The position numbers and the translations under genes were made by a program. A stretch of DNA of 64,000 bases from Clostridiaceae bacterium (GTDB lineage: Bacteria; Bacillota; Clostridia; CAYPLH01; DUMO01), in NCBI GenBank assembly GCA_012839865.1, contig DUMO01000051.1, forward strand, positions 162,008 to 226,007. Direction: 5' to 3'. Below, one piece after another: positions 50,396-59,009 of the stretch. The notes below the pieces were generated by a model. That model had not been told where the DNA came from. It ran no database searches and was given only the letters and a program-made list of their open reading frames with translations. The stretch's first letter is position 1, and the number at the start of each line of letters is the position of its first letter.

Positions 50396-50489
50396 AACAA
50401 TCAGCTCCGATACTGCAAGTACGGCTTCAGCAAGAAAAACAACCAGTTTAAAATGCCTTACCGTAAAAGCAGTATTAAAGCTGATTGTT
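50396..50489. repeat. 29-nt imperfect inverted repeat carrying the same CAATCAGCT motif
   Basis: AACAATCAGCTCCGATACTGCAAGTACGG (50396..50424) against the reverse complement of 50461..50489, AACAATCAGCTTTAATACTGCTTTTACGG. Matching blocks of 11, 7 and 5 nt are separated by 3-nt mismatches. Confidence 0.8.
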
Positions 50490-50563
50490 CATGACAGGTG
50501 CCTGAACAGTACAGTTTTCCCTGTTTATCAGCAACTTTTAAGCTACACTCCCTACTGACCAAA

Positions 50564-50908
50564 CTAAATCAGTTTTTCCCCTAATTCTCTTCCACCAATA
50601 AGATGGTAGTGCAGGTGGAATACGGTCTGCCCCGCATCTTTTCCACAGTTGTTTATCAGTCTGAACCCCTTGCCGGACAGTCCTTCTTTTTCCGCGATTT
50701 TCTTTGCGGCAAGGTGTATATCGGCCAAGACACCGGCATTATCCCTGTCAAGGGCTTCCACACTTGGAATGTGCTTTTTGGGAACAATAAGAACATGCAC
50801 CGGCGCAACCGGTTTTATGTCTCTGAATGCCATTACGGTTTCATCCTCATAAACAATGGTTGAAGGAATCTCTTTATTTATTATTTTACAGAAAATGCAA
50901 TCAGCCAA
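50564..50908 (-). CDS. HIT-family (histidine triad) nucleotide-binding protein
   Basis: 114 aa. MADCIFCKI... and the histidine triad HLHYHLIGG. Confidence 0.9.
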   Translation of the reverse strand: MADCIFCKIINKEIPSTIVYEDETVMAFRDIKPVAPVHVLIVPKKHIPSVEALDRDNAGVLADIHLAAKKIAEKEGLSGKGFRLINNCGKDAGQTVFHLHYHLIGGRELGEKLI

Positions 50909-50927
50909 ATTAAAAACCTCCCATGTT

Positions 50928-53567
50928 TTAATTTTTAATTTGTGAATCTATTATTTCCAGTGATTTTTCCAAAGCCTCATCCGTCTTTGTTACATCCCTG
51001 CCTCCGGCCTGGGCCATATCCGGTCTTCCTCCGCCGCCTCCGCCTGCTATTTTTGCCACCTGGGCTATAATATTGCCTGAATGAATACCTTTTTTAACAA
51101 CGTCATAGGTTGCAGTGACAACAAAATTAACCTTCTTGTCATCTGTTGTTGCAAGTACGACAACTCCGCTTCCCAGCTTGTTCTTCAGAATATCTGCGGT
51201 TTTTCTGAGGGTATCCATGTCCATGCCATCATATTTTGCCCGTACAACTTTAACTCCCTTTACTTTTACAGCCCGGGAGATTATATCATCTGTCGTTGAA
51301 CCTGCAAGCTTCGCCCTCAGCTGCTCTATCTCCTTACGGGCGTTCTTCAGCTCTGCTGACAGGGTTTCCGCCTTTTTAACGCAGTCCGAAGAACTGGATT
51401 TTAAAGCATCCGAAACTTCCTCCAGCATTTTTTCCCTCTCATGGAAATATTCCAAAGCCTTAAAGCCTGTCAGGGCTTCTATTCTCCTGACGCCTGCCGC
51501 TACACCGGTCTCACTTATGATCTTAAAGAATCCGGCCTGGGAAGTTGTCTTAAGGTGTGTGCCTCCGCACAGCTCCATGCTGTAATCCCCGATTTTTACG
51601 ACTCTTACCGTATCTCCATACTTCTCATCGAACAAAGCGGTGGCTCCCATATTTTTTGCTTCATCAACAGTCATTTCATTTATATTGACCGAAAGGCTGG
51701 AAAGCATTTTCTCATTTACTTCGTTCTCAATCCGGCCCAAATCCTCTTTTGAAACAGGCTCAAAGTGGGTAAAGTCGAAACGCAGCCGGTCCGGAGTAAC
51801 CAGTGAACCTGCCTGATTTACATGAGTTCCAAGGACATTTTTGAGAGCTTTGTGAAGAAGATGTGTTGCGGTGTGGTTTCGCTGTATGCTGATTCTTCTA
51901 TCCTCATCCACATTTGTATTAACCATGTCACCTTTTTTGACATATCCGCTTTCAACAACGCCTATATGCAGGTGTTTTCCATCACCGGTTTTTTTACAGT
52001 CTTCAACTCTGAACTTACCGTTTTCAGAAAATATATACCCTGTATCTCCCACCTGTCCGCCGCTTTCAGCATAAAAAGGAGTTCTGTCAAGGACAATTGT
52101 CGCTTCATCGCCCTCTTCCGCAATTTCGTTCAAGTTTCCGTCTTTAATAATGTACAGGATTTCACCTTCATCTGATAATGTCCTGTAGCCGGTAAACTCC
52201 GTACTTCCGCCTTCAAGGCCGGAAAATGCGCCCTGGCCCCAGGCTGAATTATCCCTGGACTTCATAGCTTCACGGGCTTTATTTTTCTGCTTTTCCATTT
52301 CAGATTTAAAACCGGCTTCATCAATACCAAGGTTGTTTTCTTCAGCAATCTCCCGGGTCAGATCAAGGGGAAAACCATATGTGTCATGAAGTTTGAATAC
52401 CATTTCACCAGGAATGGCAGAAAGCTCTTTTGCTTTGGTTTCTTTTATAAAATCGTTTAGGATGGAAAGTCCCTGGTCAATGGTAACCTCAAATTTCTCC
52501 TCTTCATTCCGGATAACTTTTTGAATATACGATGAATTTTCAGCAAGTTCGGGGTAAGCTTCCTTTGACTCGTTAATGACGGTCAATGCAATTTTATACA
52601 AAAACGGTTCATCAATCCCCAGCAGTTTTCCATGTCTTGCCGCTCTTCTTAAAAGCCTTCTTAAAACATAACCCCGTCCTTCATTGGAAGGGAGAATGCC
52701 ATCGGCTATCATCATGGTTGTGCTGCGGATATGGTCTGTAATAACCCTTATGGACACGTCATCCTTATGGGATTTGCCATACTCAACCCCTGAAATTTTA
52801 CAGACATGCTTCAAAATATTCCTGACTGTATTCACTTCAAACAAGTTGTTAACGTTCTGCATTATGGCAGCAAGCCTTTCAAGCCCCATACCGGTATCGA
52901 TATTAGGGTGGTCAAGCCTTGTGTAGCTTCCGTCTTCATGCCTGTCAAACTGGGTAAAAACAAGGTTCCAAAATTCCACGTACCTGTCGCAGTCGCAGCC
53001 TACCTTGCAATCCGGAGAGCCGCACCCGTATTCAACTCCCCTGTCAAAGTAAATTTCCGAGCAGGGACCGCATGGACCGGTGCCGTGTTCCCAGAAATTA
53101 TCCTCCTTGCCCATCCTTACAATTCTGTCTTCTGAAAGTCCAATATCCTTATTCCATATTTCAAAAGCTTCGTCGTCATCTTTGTAGATGGAAACATATA
53201 ACCGGTCTTCAGGCATTTTGATTACCTTTGTAACAAACTCCCATGCCCATGAGATTGCCTCCTTTTTGAAATAATCCCCGAAAGAAAAATTTCCGAGCAT
53301 TTCAAAAAAGGTTCCATGCCGCGCAGTTTTGCCAACATTCTCGATGTCGGGAGTACGTATGCATTTTTGACATGTAGTCACTCTTCTTGACGGTGGTTCG
53401 GCGGCTCCTGTAAAATACGGCTTCAGGGGCGCCATACCGGAGTTTATCAATAAAAGGCTCTTGTCATTTTTCGGTATCAGCGAGAAGCTTTTCAGTCTCA
53501 AGTGCTGTTTGCTTTCAAAAAAGCTTAGAAATTTTTCCCTTAACTCATTCAAACCTGTTTCTTGCAT
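50928..53567 (-). CDS. alaS: Alanine--tRNA ligase
   Basis: 879 aa. [15 protein letters not shown], the editing-domain HTATHLLH motif, and a C-terminal DHHA1-like domain with a GGGGG loop. Confidence 0.97.
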   Translation of the reverse strand: MQETGLNELREKFLSFFESKQHLRLKSFSLIPKNDKSLLLINSGMAPLKPYFTGAAEPPSRRVTTCQKCIRTPDIENVGKTARHGTFFEMLGNFSFGDYFKKEAISWAWEFVTKVIKMPEDRLYVSIYKDDDEAFEIWNKDIGLSEDRIVRMGKEDNFWEHGTGPCGPCSEIYFDRGVEYGCGSPDCKVGCDCDRYVEFWNLVFTQFDRHEDGSYTRLDHPNIDTGMGLERLAAIMQNVNNLFEVNTVRNILKHVCKISGVEYGKSHKDDVSIRVITDHIRSTTMMIADGILPSNEGRGYVLRRLLRRAARHGKLLGIDEPFLYKIALTVINESKEAYPELAENSSYIQKVIRNEEEKFEVTIDQGLSILNDFIKETKAKELSAIPGEMVFKLHDTYGFPLDLTREIAEENNLGIDEAGFKSEMEKQKNKAREAMKSRDNSAWGQGAFSGLEGGSTEFTGYRTLSDEGEILYIIKDGNLNEIAEEGDEATIVLDRTPFYAESGGQVGDTGYIFSENGKFRVEDCKKTGDGKHLHIGVVESGYVKKGDMVNTNVDEDRRISIQRNHTATHLLHKALKNVLGTHVNQAGSLVTPDRLRFDFTHFEPVSKEDLGRIENEVNEKMLSSLSVNINEMTVDEAKNMGATALFDEKYGDTVRVVKIGDYSMELCGGTHLKTTSQAGFFKIISETGVAAGVRRIEALTGFKALEYFHEREKMLEEVSDALKSSSSDCVKKAETLSAELKNARKEIEQLRAKLAGSTTDDIISRAVKVKGVKVVRAKYDGMDMDTLRKTADILKNKLGSGVVVLATTDDKKVNFVVTATYDVVKKGIHSGNIIAQVAKIAGGGGGGRPDMAQAGGRDVTKTDEALEKSLEIIDSQIKN

Positions 53568-53618
53568 GTCTTTCCCACCTGTTCTGATTATTTCAATAAT
53601 AAAAAACTCACTAAAACT

Positions 53619-53695
53619 CCGGTCTTGAAAGAAGTTTAAAAGTCTCTTCGGCAGGCTTGTGGCAAACGCCTGAAGACTTTGAACTTTATGACCGG
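53619..53695 (-). promoter_or_regulatory. Long imperfect hairpin in the alaS leader (candidate attenuator or operator)
   Basis: On the - strand, CCGGTCATAAAGTTCAAAGTC pairs with GACTTTTAAACTTCTTTCAAGACCGG, with an inner GC-rich stem. AGTTTTAGTGAGTTTTTT follows about 25 nt before the alaS SD. No T-box core sequence is present. Confidence 0.3.
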
Positions 53696-54091
53696 AACTT
53701 TAAACCACATTTAATGCCAGGATATTGGTCGATAAAAAAGACGCTTTCTGTTGCGCATGTCTATAATCCGCAAAGAAGTGCTTATTTCTCAATTTATAAT
53801 TAATATTCTCTTTTTTACAAAGAATTATATAAAGTTCGTTAAATACTGTCAATACCGCATGCTCATTAAAATGCCCTGCCATCAAGTATTTTGGCAAATT
53901 TGCTTTGCGTGAAATACAGACATTGCAGGGTTTTCAAGGCATTTAAACCCTGTTTTCGTTACATAAGCCATATTCCTGTATTTAACCTGTTCTTAAAAAA
54001 TCACTTGCTCAAAGAAGTCCGGACATTATGAATTTTTTGCTTAAATAATGAAATAATAAGTTTATAACATAATGCATTAAGAGGGTGGGAT

Positions 54092-54619
54092 TTGGAAACT
54101 TACAGCAAAGTAATCGGTCTGCCTGTACTGTCGGCGGAGGACGGTAAAAAAGCTGGCAATGTAATTGATGTATTTTTTTGTCCTGATAAAAAAAGGGTTA
54201 TTGCATTCATAATTGATACTGGGCATGTAAAAAATAATAAGAGCGCTGTATTGCCGGGTAACGTAAGAAGTTTGGGAAAAGATGCCTTAATCATAGACAG
54301 CAGGAACAGTTTGATTAAGGAAAAGGACTTTAAGCTTTTTCTATCCGGTATCGGAAGACTGATTGACTTAAGGGTTTATTCTAAACAGGGAGAATTCATG
54401 GGCACCGTCAAAGATATTATATTTGACCACAAGACCGGAAATATTGAAGGTTTTAAGGTTTCATACGGTCTTCTGAATGACATTATTGAAGGACGAAACG
54501 TAATTCCCCTGTTTGGCAAGGTTGAATTCAGTGCAGACTATATTCTCGTAAGCAGGGAAGCAGTCGAAGAAATGAAAAGTACAGGCGGTGGTTTGAAAAA
54601 AAAATTTTTTAACGGATAA
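54092..54619 (+). CDS. PRC-barrel domain protein (two tandem PRC-barrel-like halves; YlmC/YmxH-related)
   Basis: 175 aa. TTG start after GAGGGTGGG. VIGLPVLSAEDGKKAGNVIDVFF, and a second copy LRVYSKQGEFMGTVKDIIFD. Confidence 0.7.
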   Translation: METYSKVIGLPVLSAEDGKKAGNVIDVFFCPDKKRVIAFIIDTGHVKNNKSAVLPGNVRSLGKDALIIDSRNSLIKEKDFKLFLSGIGRLIDLRVYSKQGEFMGTVKDIIFDHKTGNIEGFKVSYGLLNDIIEGRNVIPLFGKVEFSADYILVSREAVEEMKSTGGGLKKKFFNG

Positions 54620-54742
54620 TCAAAAAGCCCAGGTTAGTGAATGCAATTTTCAGGTTTGAAAACGTAATTTTTCTGGATTCAATACCCAATGCTCACGGCC
54701 CATGGTTAAATAAAAGAGTTTTAAAAAAGGAGTGATTTTGAT

Positions 54743-54919
54743 ATGCGTAATAATTTTACCCGCGGATTAATTCTTGGTGGTATTATAGGAGCAACAGTAA
54801 GCATGGCAGTTGGTCCTGAAATGAATGCAAGAACAAGAAAAAGATGGATAAAAAATGGCAGATACCTTCTTAGAAGGTCAGGAACAATTGTCAATGACAT
54901 AGTTGACATGTTCAGATAA
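54743..54919 (+). CDS. Small (58 aa) membrane protein with a glycine-zipper-like helix
   Basis: AAGGAG, then 9 nt, then ATG. Translation is MRNNFTRGLILGGIIGATVSMAVGPEMNARTRKRWIKNGRYLLRRSGTIVNDIVDMFR. Below the ORF-track cut-off; the track instead shows an antisense 71-aa ORF (54721..54936). Confidence 0.55.
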   Translation: MRNNFTRGLILGGIIGATVSMAVGPEMNARTRKRWIKNGRYLLRRSGTIVNDIVDMFR

Positions 54920-55008
54920 AACAATTGTTCCCCCAAGCACTTTTTGCCAAGCTGATCTTGATGAATAACAGAAGAAAGCTGGTAAAATCAGTATCACAGC
55001 AAGGTATG

Positions 55009-55040
55009 AGACCGGCAATACCGGTCTTTATACTTTTTTA
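55009..55040 (+). terminator. Rho-independent terminator
   Basis: AGACCGG-CAATA-CCGGTCT followed by TTATACTTTTTTA. Confidence 0.55.
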
Positions 55041-55110
55041 CATAGTTGAAAGGCATACCTTGATGAATATGCAGAAATGCTGACAGAACTTTATTCAAAA
55101 AGAGGTCATA

Positions 55111-56154
55111 ATGAGAAAAAAAACATTTTTTAAACTGGTTTTAATACTCTTCCTTTTAATCATTATATTTGTTCTGATATATTATAAGGCTAAAATTTCA
55201 AGGATCATTACCCCCTTCATATTGGCAGTCGTTTTGACATATATTTTGAACCCTCTGGTTTGTAAACTTCATAGAAAGAATATTCCCATTTCAGCAAGCA
55301 TCCTGCTGGTCTATACCTTTTTTATATTATTCATAGCCAGCATCATTATATTTTTGATACCTGAGTTGATAAACAATACAAAGGAACTGATTGAATCCGT
55401 ACCTGACATTACTGCAAGGTATCAAAAAATGTTCGCTGGTTTTCTTGAAAATATTCAAAAAAGTAAATGGTCTCCCGATATTAAAGCAGCTGTTTTAGGT
55501 GAAATAGAGGGTGCTGCCACCGCCATTCAGAAATATGCTCTGGAAATACTGGGCAAAACATTAAATGTAATAATGCAAACCGTATCATTTTTGGCAGACT
55601 TCATTCTTGCGCTGGTTATTGCCTTTTACCTGATGAAGGACAAAGAACAATTCATAGAAGCTGCCTTGTCCATTATGCCCCTCAAATGGAGAAACGGTAT
55701 TATTTCCACAGGCAGGGAAGTCAGTACGATTCTTTCGAATTTTGTGCAGGGACAGCTTTTAACCGCACTTATTATAGGAATACTGGAAAGTATCGGCCTT
55801 TATATTGTGGGTGTAAAGTATGCGCTCATACTTGGTGTCATAGGCGGGATATCCAATATTATACCTTATTTCGGGCCCTTTATAGCTGCAATACCCTCTG
55901 CGGCAATTGCCCTCCTTGACTCACCAATAAAGGTAGTATGGACAATACTGGTCTTTATAGTTGTCCAGCAGATTGACAATGCATTTATTTCAACAAAAAT
56001 AATCGAAGGCAGGCTAGGGCTTCATCCTGTAGTTACAATATTTGCGGTTCTTATTGGCGGTGAATTTTTCGGAATAATCGGAATGATGCTGGCAGTTCCT
56101 GTGTTTGCTGTTATGAGAATAATTTTCAGGCGTGCAATTGATGCAATTGTATGA
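55111..56154 (+). CDS. AI-2E family transporter (UPF0118/PerM family permease)
   Basis: 347 aa, about 8 hydrophobic spans. Family-typical C-terminal region GISNIIPYFGPFIAAIP...VVQQIDNAFISTKIIEGRLGLHPV. Confidence 0.85.
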   Translation: MRKKTFFKLVLILFLLIIIFVLIYYKAKISRIITPFILAVVLTYILNPLVCKLHRKNIPISASILLVYTFFILFIASIIIFLIPELINNTKELIESVPDITARYQKMFAGFLENIQKSKWSPDIKAAVLGEIEGAATAIQKYALEILGKTLNVIMQTVSFLADFILALVIAFYLMKDKEQFIEAALSIMPLKWRNGIISTGREVSTILSNFVQGQLLTALIIGILESIGLYIVGVKYALILGVIGGISNIIPYFGPFIAAIPSAAIALLDSPIKVVWTILVFIVVQQIDNAFISTKIIEGRLGLHPVVTIFAVLIGGEFFGIIGMMLAVPVFAVMRIIFRRAIDAIV

Positions 56155-56194
56155 ACGGCAACTCATATAATATTAAAAAATAAAAAATATTTTA

Positions 56195-56224
56195 TTGACA
56201 TTAGCGCTTGTATTATGGTAAAAT
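56195..56224 (+). promoter_or_regulatory. Sigma-A-type promoter of the T-box/aroF unit
   Basis: TTGACA-18 nt-TAAAAT, with a TGn extended -10 (TGGTAAAAT). Confidence 0.55.
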
Positions 56225-56231
56225 GCTAAAA

Positions 56232-56488
56232 ATATATTTCTAAAGGCTGTGAAAGGGAAAAGTAGCCTGCAGGACAGTTCTGTTAAAGCGAGCCGGGGAC
56301 GGTGAGAGCCCGGTCGGATAATGCAGTTGAAGTTCTCCCTGGAGCTGTTGGCTGAAGATACAGTAGGCTTAACCGGAGCTTTCACCGTTAAAAGAAAGGG
56401 TGTATCGGATACGCATCCCGTACATTGAAAATTGGGTGGTATAGCGTGGAAATTATACTCCTCGTCCCTTTGGGATGAGGAGTTTTTT
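56232..56488 (+). promoter_or_regulatory. T-box leader (tRNA-sensing riboswitch) controlling aroF
   Basis: Stem I elements are present (AGTA, AG-bulge-like AGCGAG, distal-loop GGTGAGAG). The T-box core is AAATTGGGTGGTATAGCGTGG (56429..56449), which can pair with CGTCCC of the downstream terminator's 5' arm. The track's antisense ORF 56173..56505 is an artefact. Confidence 0.85.
56457..56488 (+). terminator. T-box terminator hairpin
   Basis: ACTCCTCGTCCC-TTT-GGGATGAGGAGT followed by TTTTTT. It lies 50 nt upstream of the aroF ATG. Confidence 0.8.
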
Positions 56489-56537
56489 ATTAATATCCCA
56501 AACATTTATAAAAACACTGGCTAAGGAGGTCTAATAT

Positions 56538-57551
56538 ATGATAATCGTAATGAAGCCATCTGCAACAAAAGAACAAATTGCCATGGTTGAAAATAAACTG
56601 ATGGAGCTTGGTTTCAAGACTCATCCAATTTACGGAGAAGTAAAAACTGTCATTGGAGCAATTGGAGACAAGAGAAATCTCAATACGCATTATATAACTA
56701 CATTACCCGGAGTCGAAGCACTGGTTCCAATAATGAAGCCTTATAAACTGACAAGCCGGGAACTAAAGCAAGACCCGACAATTGTGGAGGTTGGAGATGT
56801 TAAACTCGGCGGAGAGGAAATTGTGGTGATTGCGGGTCCCTGTGCCATAGAGAATAAAGACTCATTTATTAAGACTGCAATAAGCGTAAAAAATGCCGGT
56901 GCCAAAATACTTCGGGGCGGTGCCTATAAACCCAGAACATCTCCGTATTCCTTCCAGGGGCTTGCCGCTGACGGTTTGAAAATCATGGCTGAAGCAAGAA
57001 ACGTGACTGGACTCAAAATTGTTACTGAAGTGGTAGACACAAGAGATGTGGAGATTGTGGCTGAAACAGTTGACATTATTCAAATCGGAGCAAGAAACAT
57101 GCAAAATTTCAGGCTTCTGCAGGAAGCAGGCCTTTCGGGCAAACCTGTGCTGTTAAAGAGGGGGCTTTCTGCGACAATTGAAGAGTGGCTTATGGCTGCT
57201 GAGTATATCATGAATGAGGGCAATCACAATATTATTCTATGTGAGAGAGGAATTCGCACTTTTGAAACGGCTACTCGAAACACCCTGGATATCAGCTCCA
57301 TTCCAATAATCAAGGAGTTGTCTCATTTGCCGGTGATAGCGGACCCCAGCCATGCATCAGGCACCTGGAAATACGTGCCTGCCCTGTCCCGGGGCGCAAT
57401 AGCTGCCGGGGCTGACGGGCTGATAATAGAGGTGCATCCTGATCCAAATTCGGCTTTGTGCGATGGCGAACAGTCCCTCAAGCCTTCCACCTTTGCAGCT
57501 CTCATGGAAGAGCTCAAGCCAATTGCCGCTGCTGTAAAAAGGATGCTTTAG
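56538..57551 (+). CDS. aroF: 3-deoxy-7-phosphoheptulonate (DAHP) synthase, type I-beta, with an N-terminal ferredoxin-like regulatory domain
   Basis: 337 aa. SD AAGGAGG. N-terminal MIIVMKPSATKEQIAMVENKLMELGF, and core motifs VIAGPCAIE, LRGGAYKPRTSPYSFQG and VIADPSHA. Confidence 0.92.
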   Translation: MIIVMKPSATKEQIAMVENKLMELGFKTHPIYGEVKTVIGAIGDKRNLNTHYITTLPGVEALVPIMKPYKLTSRELKQDPTIVEVGDVKLGGEEIVVIAGPCAIENKDSFIKTAISVKNAGAKILRGGAYKPRTSPYSFQGLAADGLKIMAEARNVTGLKIVTEVVDTRDVEIVAETVDIIQIGARNMQNFRLLQEAGLSGKPVLLKRGLSATIEEWLMAAEYIMNEGNHNIILCERGIRTFETATRNTLDISSIPIIKELSHLPVIADPSHASGTWKYVPALSRGAIAAGADGLIIEVHPDPNSALCDGEQSLKPSTFAALMEELKPIAAAVKRML

Positions 57552-57727
57552 GGAACCAGGGGGGTTGTTCTTCAGGGAACCAGGGGGACGGTTCTTCTGG
57601 TCCCCGGGACCAAGGGGATGGTTCTTCTGGTTCATCCTCTGGTTTAAGGGCTGACCAAAAGAAACCACAGGAGCCATCCCCCTGGTACCCAAAAGCCAAC
57701 CAAAAGTGAACCGTCACCCCGGTCCCC
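57551..57727. repeat. Five GC-rich ~20-bp repeat units (three direct, two inverted)
   Basis: On the + strand: GGGAACCAGGGGGGTTGTTC (57551), GGGAACCAGGGGGACGGTTC (57575) and GGGACCAAGGGGATGGTTC (57606). On the - strand: GGGTACCAGGGGGATGGCTC (57690..57671) and GGGGACCGGGGTGACGGTTC (57727..57708). Copies share about 16-17 of 20 positions. Confidence 0.85.
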
Positions 57728-57731
57728 AGGT

Positions 57732-58310
57732 TCAATAACCGCAGGAACCGATTGCCGCTTGGTTCTGATACAGCTTTTTATAAACATAATAATAGTTTTT
57801 GACCTTTACAACATATCTTTCAGTTTCCTTAAAGGGTATTTTATCCAAAATAAATCCGGTGCTGCTGAGGTTCTTATCGTTCAACCATTCCATTACATTG
57901 CCGATACCTCCGTTGTATGCGGCTATTGCCAGATCCACGTCTTTCAAATTGTCTATCAGCCATCTTAGGTACCAGCACCCGATATGTATATTTGTGTCCG
58001 GGTTAAAAAGATCACTGTTCTTATAATTTGCCAGCTTTATTTCAAAAGCCGCCCACTCCCCTGTCTTATCGGTAATCTGCATCAAGCCCTTTGCGTTTCT
58101 CCTGGATACGGCTTTAGGGTTAAAGCTGCTTTCCGCCTTCATAATTGCCAAAACAAGATACGGGTCGATTCCATATTGCCTTGAATACCCGAAAACTTCA
58201 TCCTTGAATTTTACAGGGTAAAAAAACTTGAGTATGCTGGTCGAATTGTCCGTAACAACAATTATCAAAGCCAAAATTCCCACAAAAAGAAAAACATTCT
58301 TCCTTTTCAT
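57732..58310 (-). CDS. Lytic transglycosylase (SLT domain) with an N-terminal membrane anchor
   Basis: SLT catalytic region LAIMKAESSFNPKAVSRRNAKGLMQI and AYNGG. The start is either ATG 58310 (MKRKNVFLFVGILA) or the track's GTG 58337. Confidence 0.8.
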   Translation of the reverse strand: MKRKNVFLFVGILALIIVVTDNSTSILKFFYPVKFKDEVFGYSRQYGIDPYLVLAIMKAESSFNPKAVSRRNAKGLMQITDKTGEWAAFEIKLANYKNSDLFNPDTNIHIGCWYLRWLIDNLKDVDLAIAAYNGGIGNVMEWLNDKNLSSTGFILDKIPFKETERYVVKVKNYYYVYKKLYQNQAAIGSCGY

Positions 58311-58403
58311 AATAAAAATATCAAACAATAGTACCACCCTTAATGTGAAGATGCCAACCCAAAAGCCGGTTTGGGCAAAAAGCTTTACCGGTTTTTCCGC
58401 AAT

Positions 58404-58994
58404 TTAAAAACGGTTTAACAATCCCTCAATTTTTTTATGCAACTCTTCAATTTCGCAGTTGTTTTCAATAATTATATTCGCCAGTCTAATATATTCAGAA
58501 TCCCTCATCTGAGAATCTATTCTTTTTTCTACCTCTTCACGGGTCAATCCGCTTCTTTTCATTACCCTTTCTATTCTGGCATTCCTGTCAGCAACGACCA
58601 CCCAGACTTCGTCCACAATATCCAAAAAACCGTGATTAACCGGTATGGGAACATCCAGCACAACAATCCTGTACTTATTCTCCTTTTTGATTTTTTCCAC
58701 CTCTTTCACTATTTTAGCAGCAACATGTTTGTGTGTAATCTGGTTCAGTTTTTTTAGTTTGGCGGCATCATTGAAAGCAATTTCCGCAAGCTTTTTTCTG
58801 TCCAGTTTGCCTTCCGGATTTATAATCTCCCTGCCGAAAGCAGATGCAAGCTCAGCCAATACTTTTTTATTCCTGGTTATATTCCGGGCAATGGCGTCCG
58901 CATCTATTATTTTTGCTCCAAAGGATTCAAGTATTCCGGAAACTGTACTCTTCCCGCTTCCAATCCCGCCTGTAACACCAATTATTCTCAACAA
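58404..58994 (-). CDS. coaE: Dephospho-CoA kinase
   Basis: 196 aa. IGVTGGIGSGKST P-loop. Sits at the usual position downstream of polA. Confidence 0.9.
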   Translation of the reverse strand: MLRIIGVTGGIGSGKSTVSGILESFGAKIIDADAIARNITRNKKVLAELASAFGREIINPEGKLDRKKLAEIAFNDAAKLKKLNQITHKHVAAKIVKEVEKIKKENKYRIVVLDVPIPVNHGFLDIVDEVWVVVADRNARIERVMKRSGLTREEVEKRIDSQMRDSEYIRLANIIIENNCEIEELHKKIEGLLNRF

Positions 58995-59009
58995 GGGTCT
59001 GCTCCTTCA

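Noticed and set aside
53700-53897. 65-aa - strand ORF in the alaS upstream region
   Set aside because: No SD, an AT-rich composition, and it overlaps the probable alaS promoter and leader. No recognisable motif.
53926-53960. + strand terminator-like hairpin (CAGGGTT-13 nt-AACCCTG-TTTT) in the alaS / PRC-barrel divergent spacer
   Set aside because: It has a 7-bp stem, a large loop and only T4. No + strand gene ends here, and I could not find a convincing promoter upstream that would make it an attenuator.
56173-56505. 110-aa - strand ORF upstream of aroF
   Set aside because: It exactly overlaps the T-box leader and its terminator on the opposite strand. The RNA element explains the sequence constraints better.
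57357-57735. Three overlapping ORFs (57357..57692 -, 57458..57709 +, 57514..57735 -) with Gly/Ser/Pro/Gln-rich translations
   Set aside because: The open frames are created by the GC-rich repeat units. They overlap the aroF 3' end out of frame, have no SD, and give repetitive low-complexity products. They are treated as artefacts of the repeat cluster.
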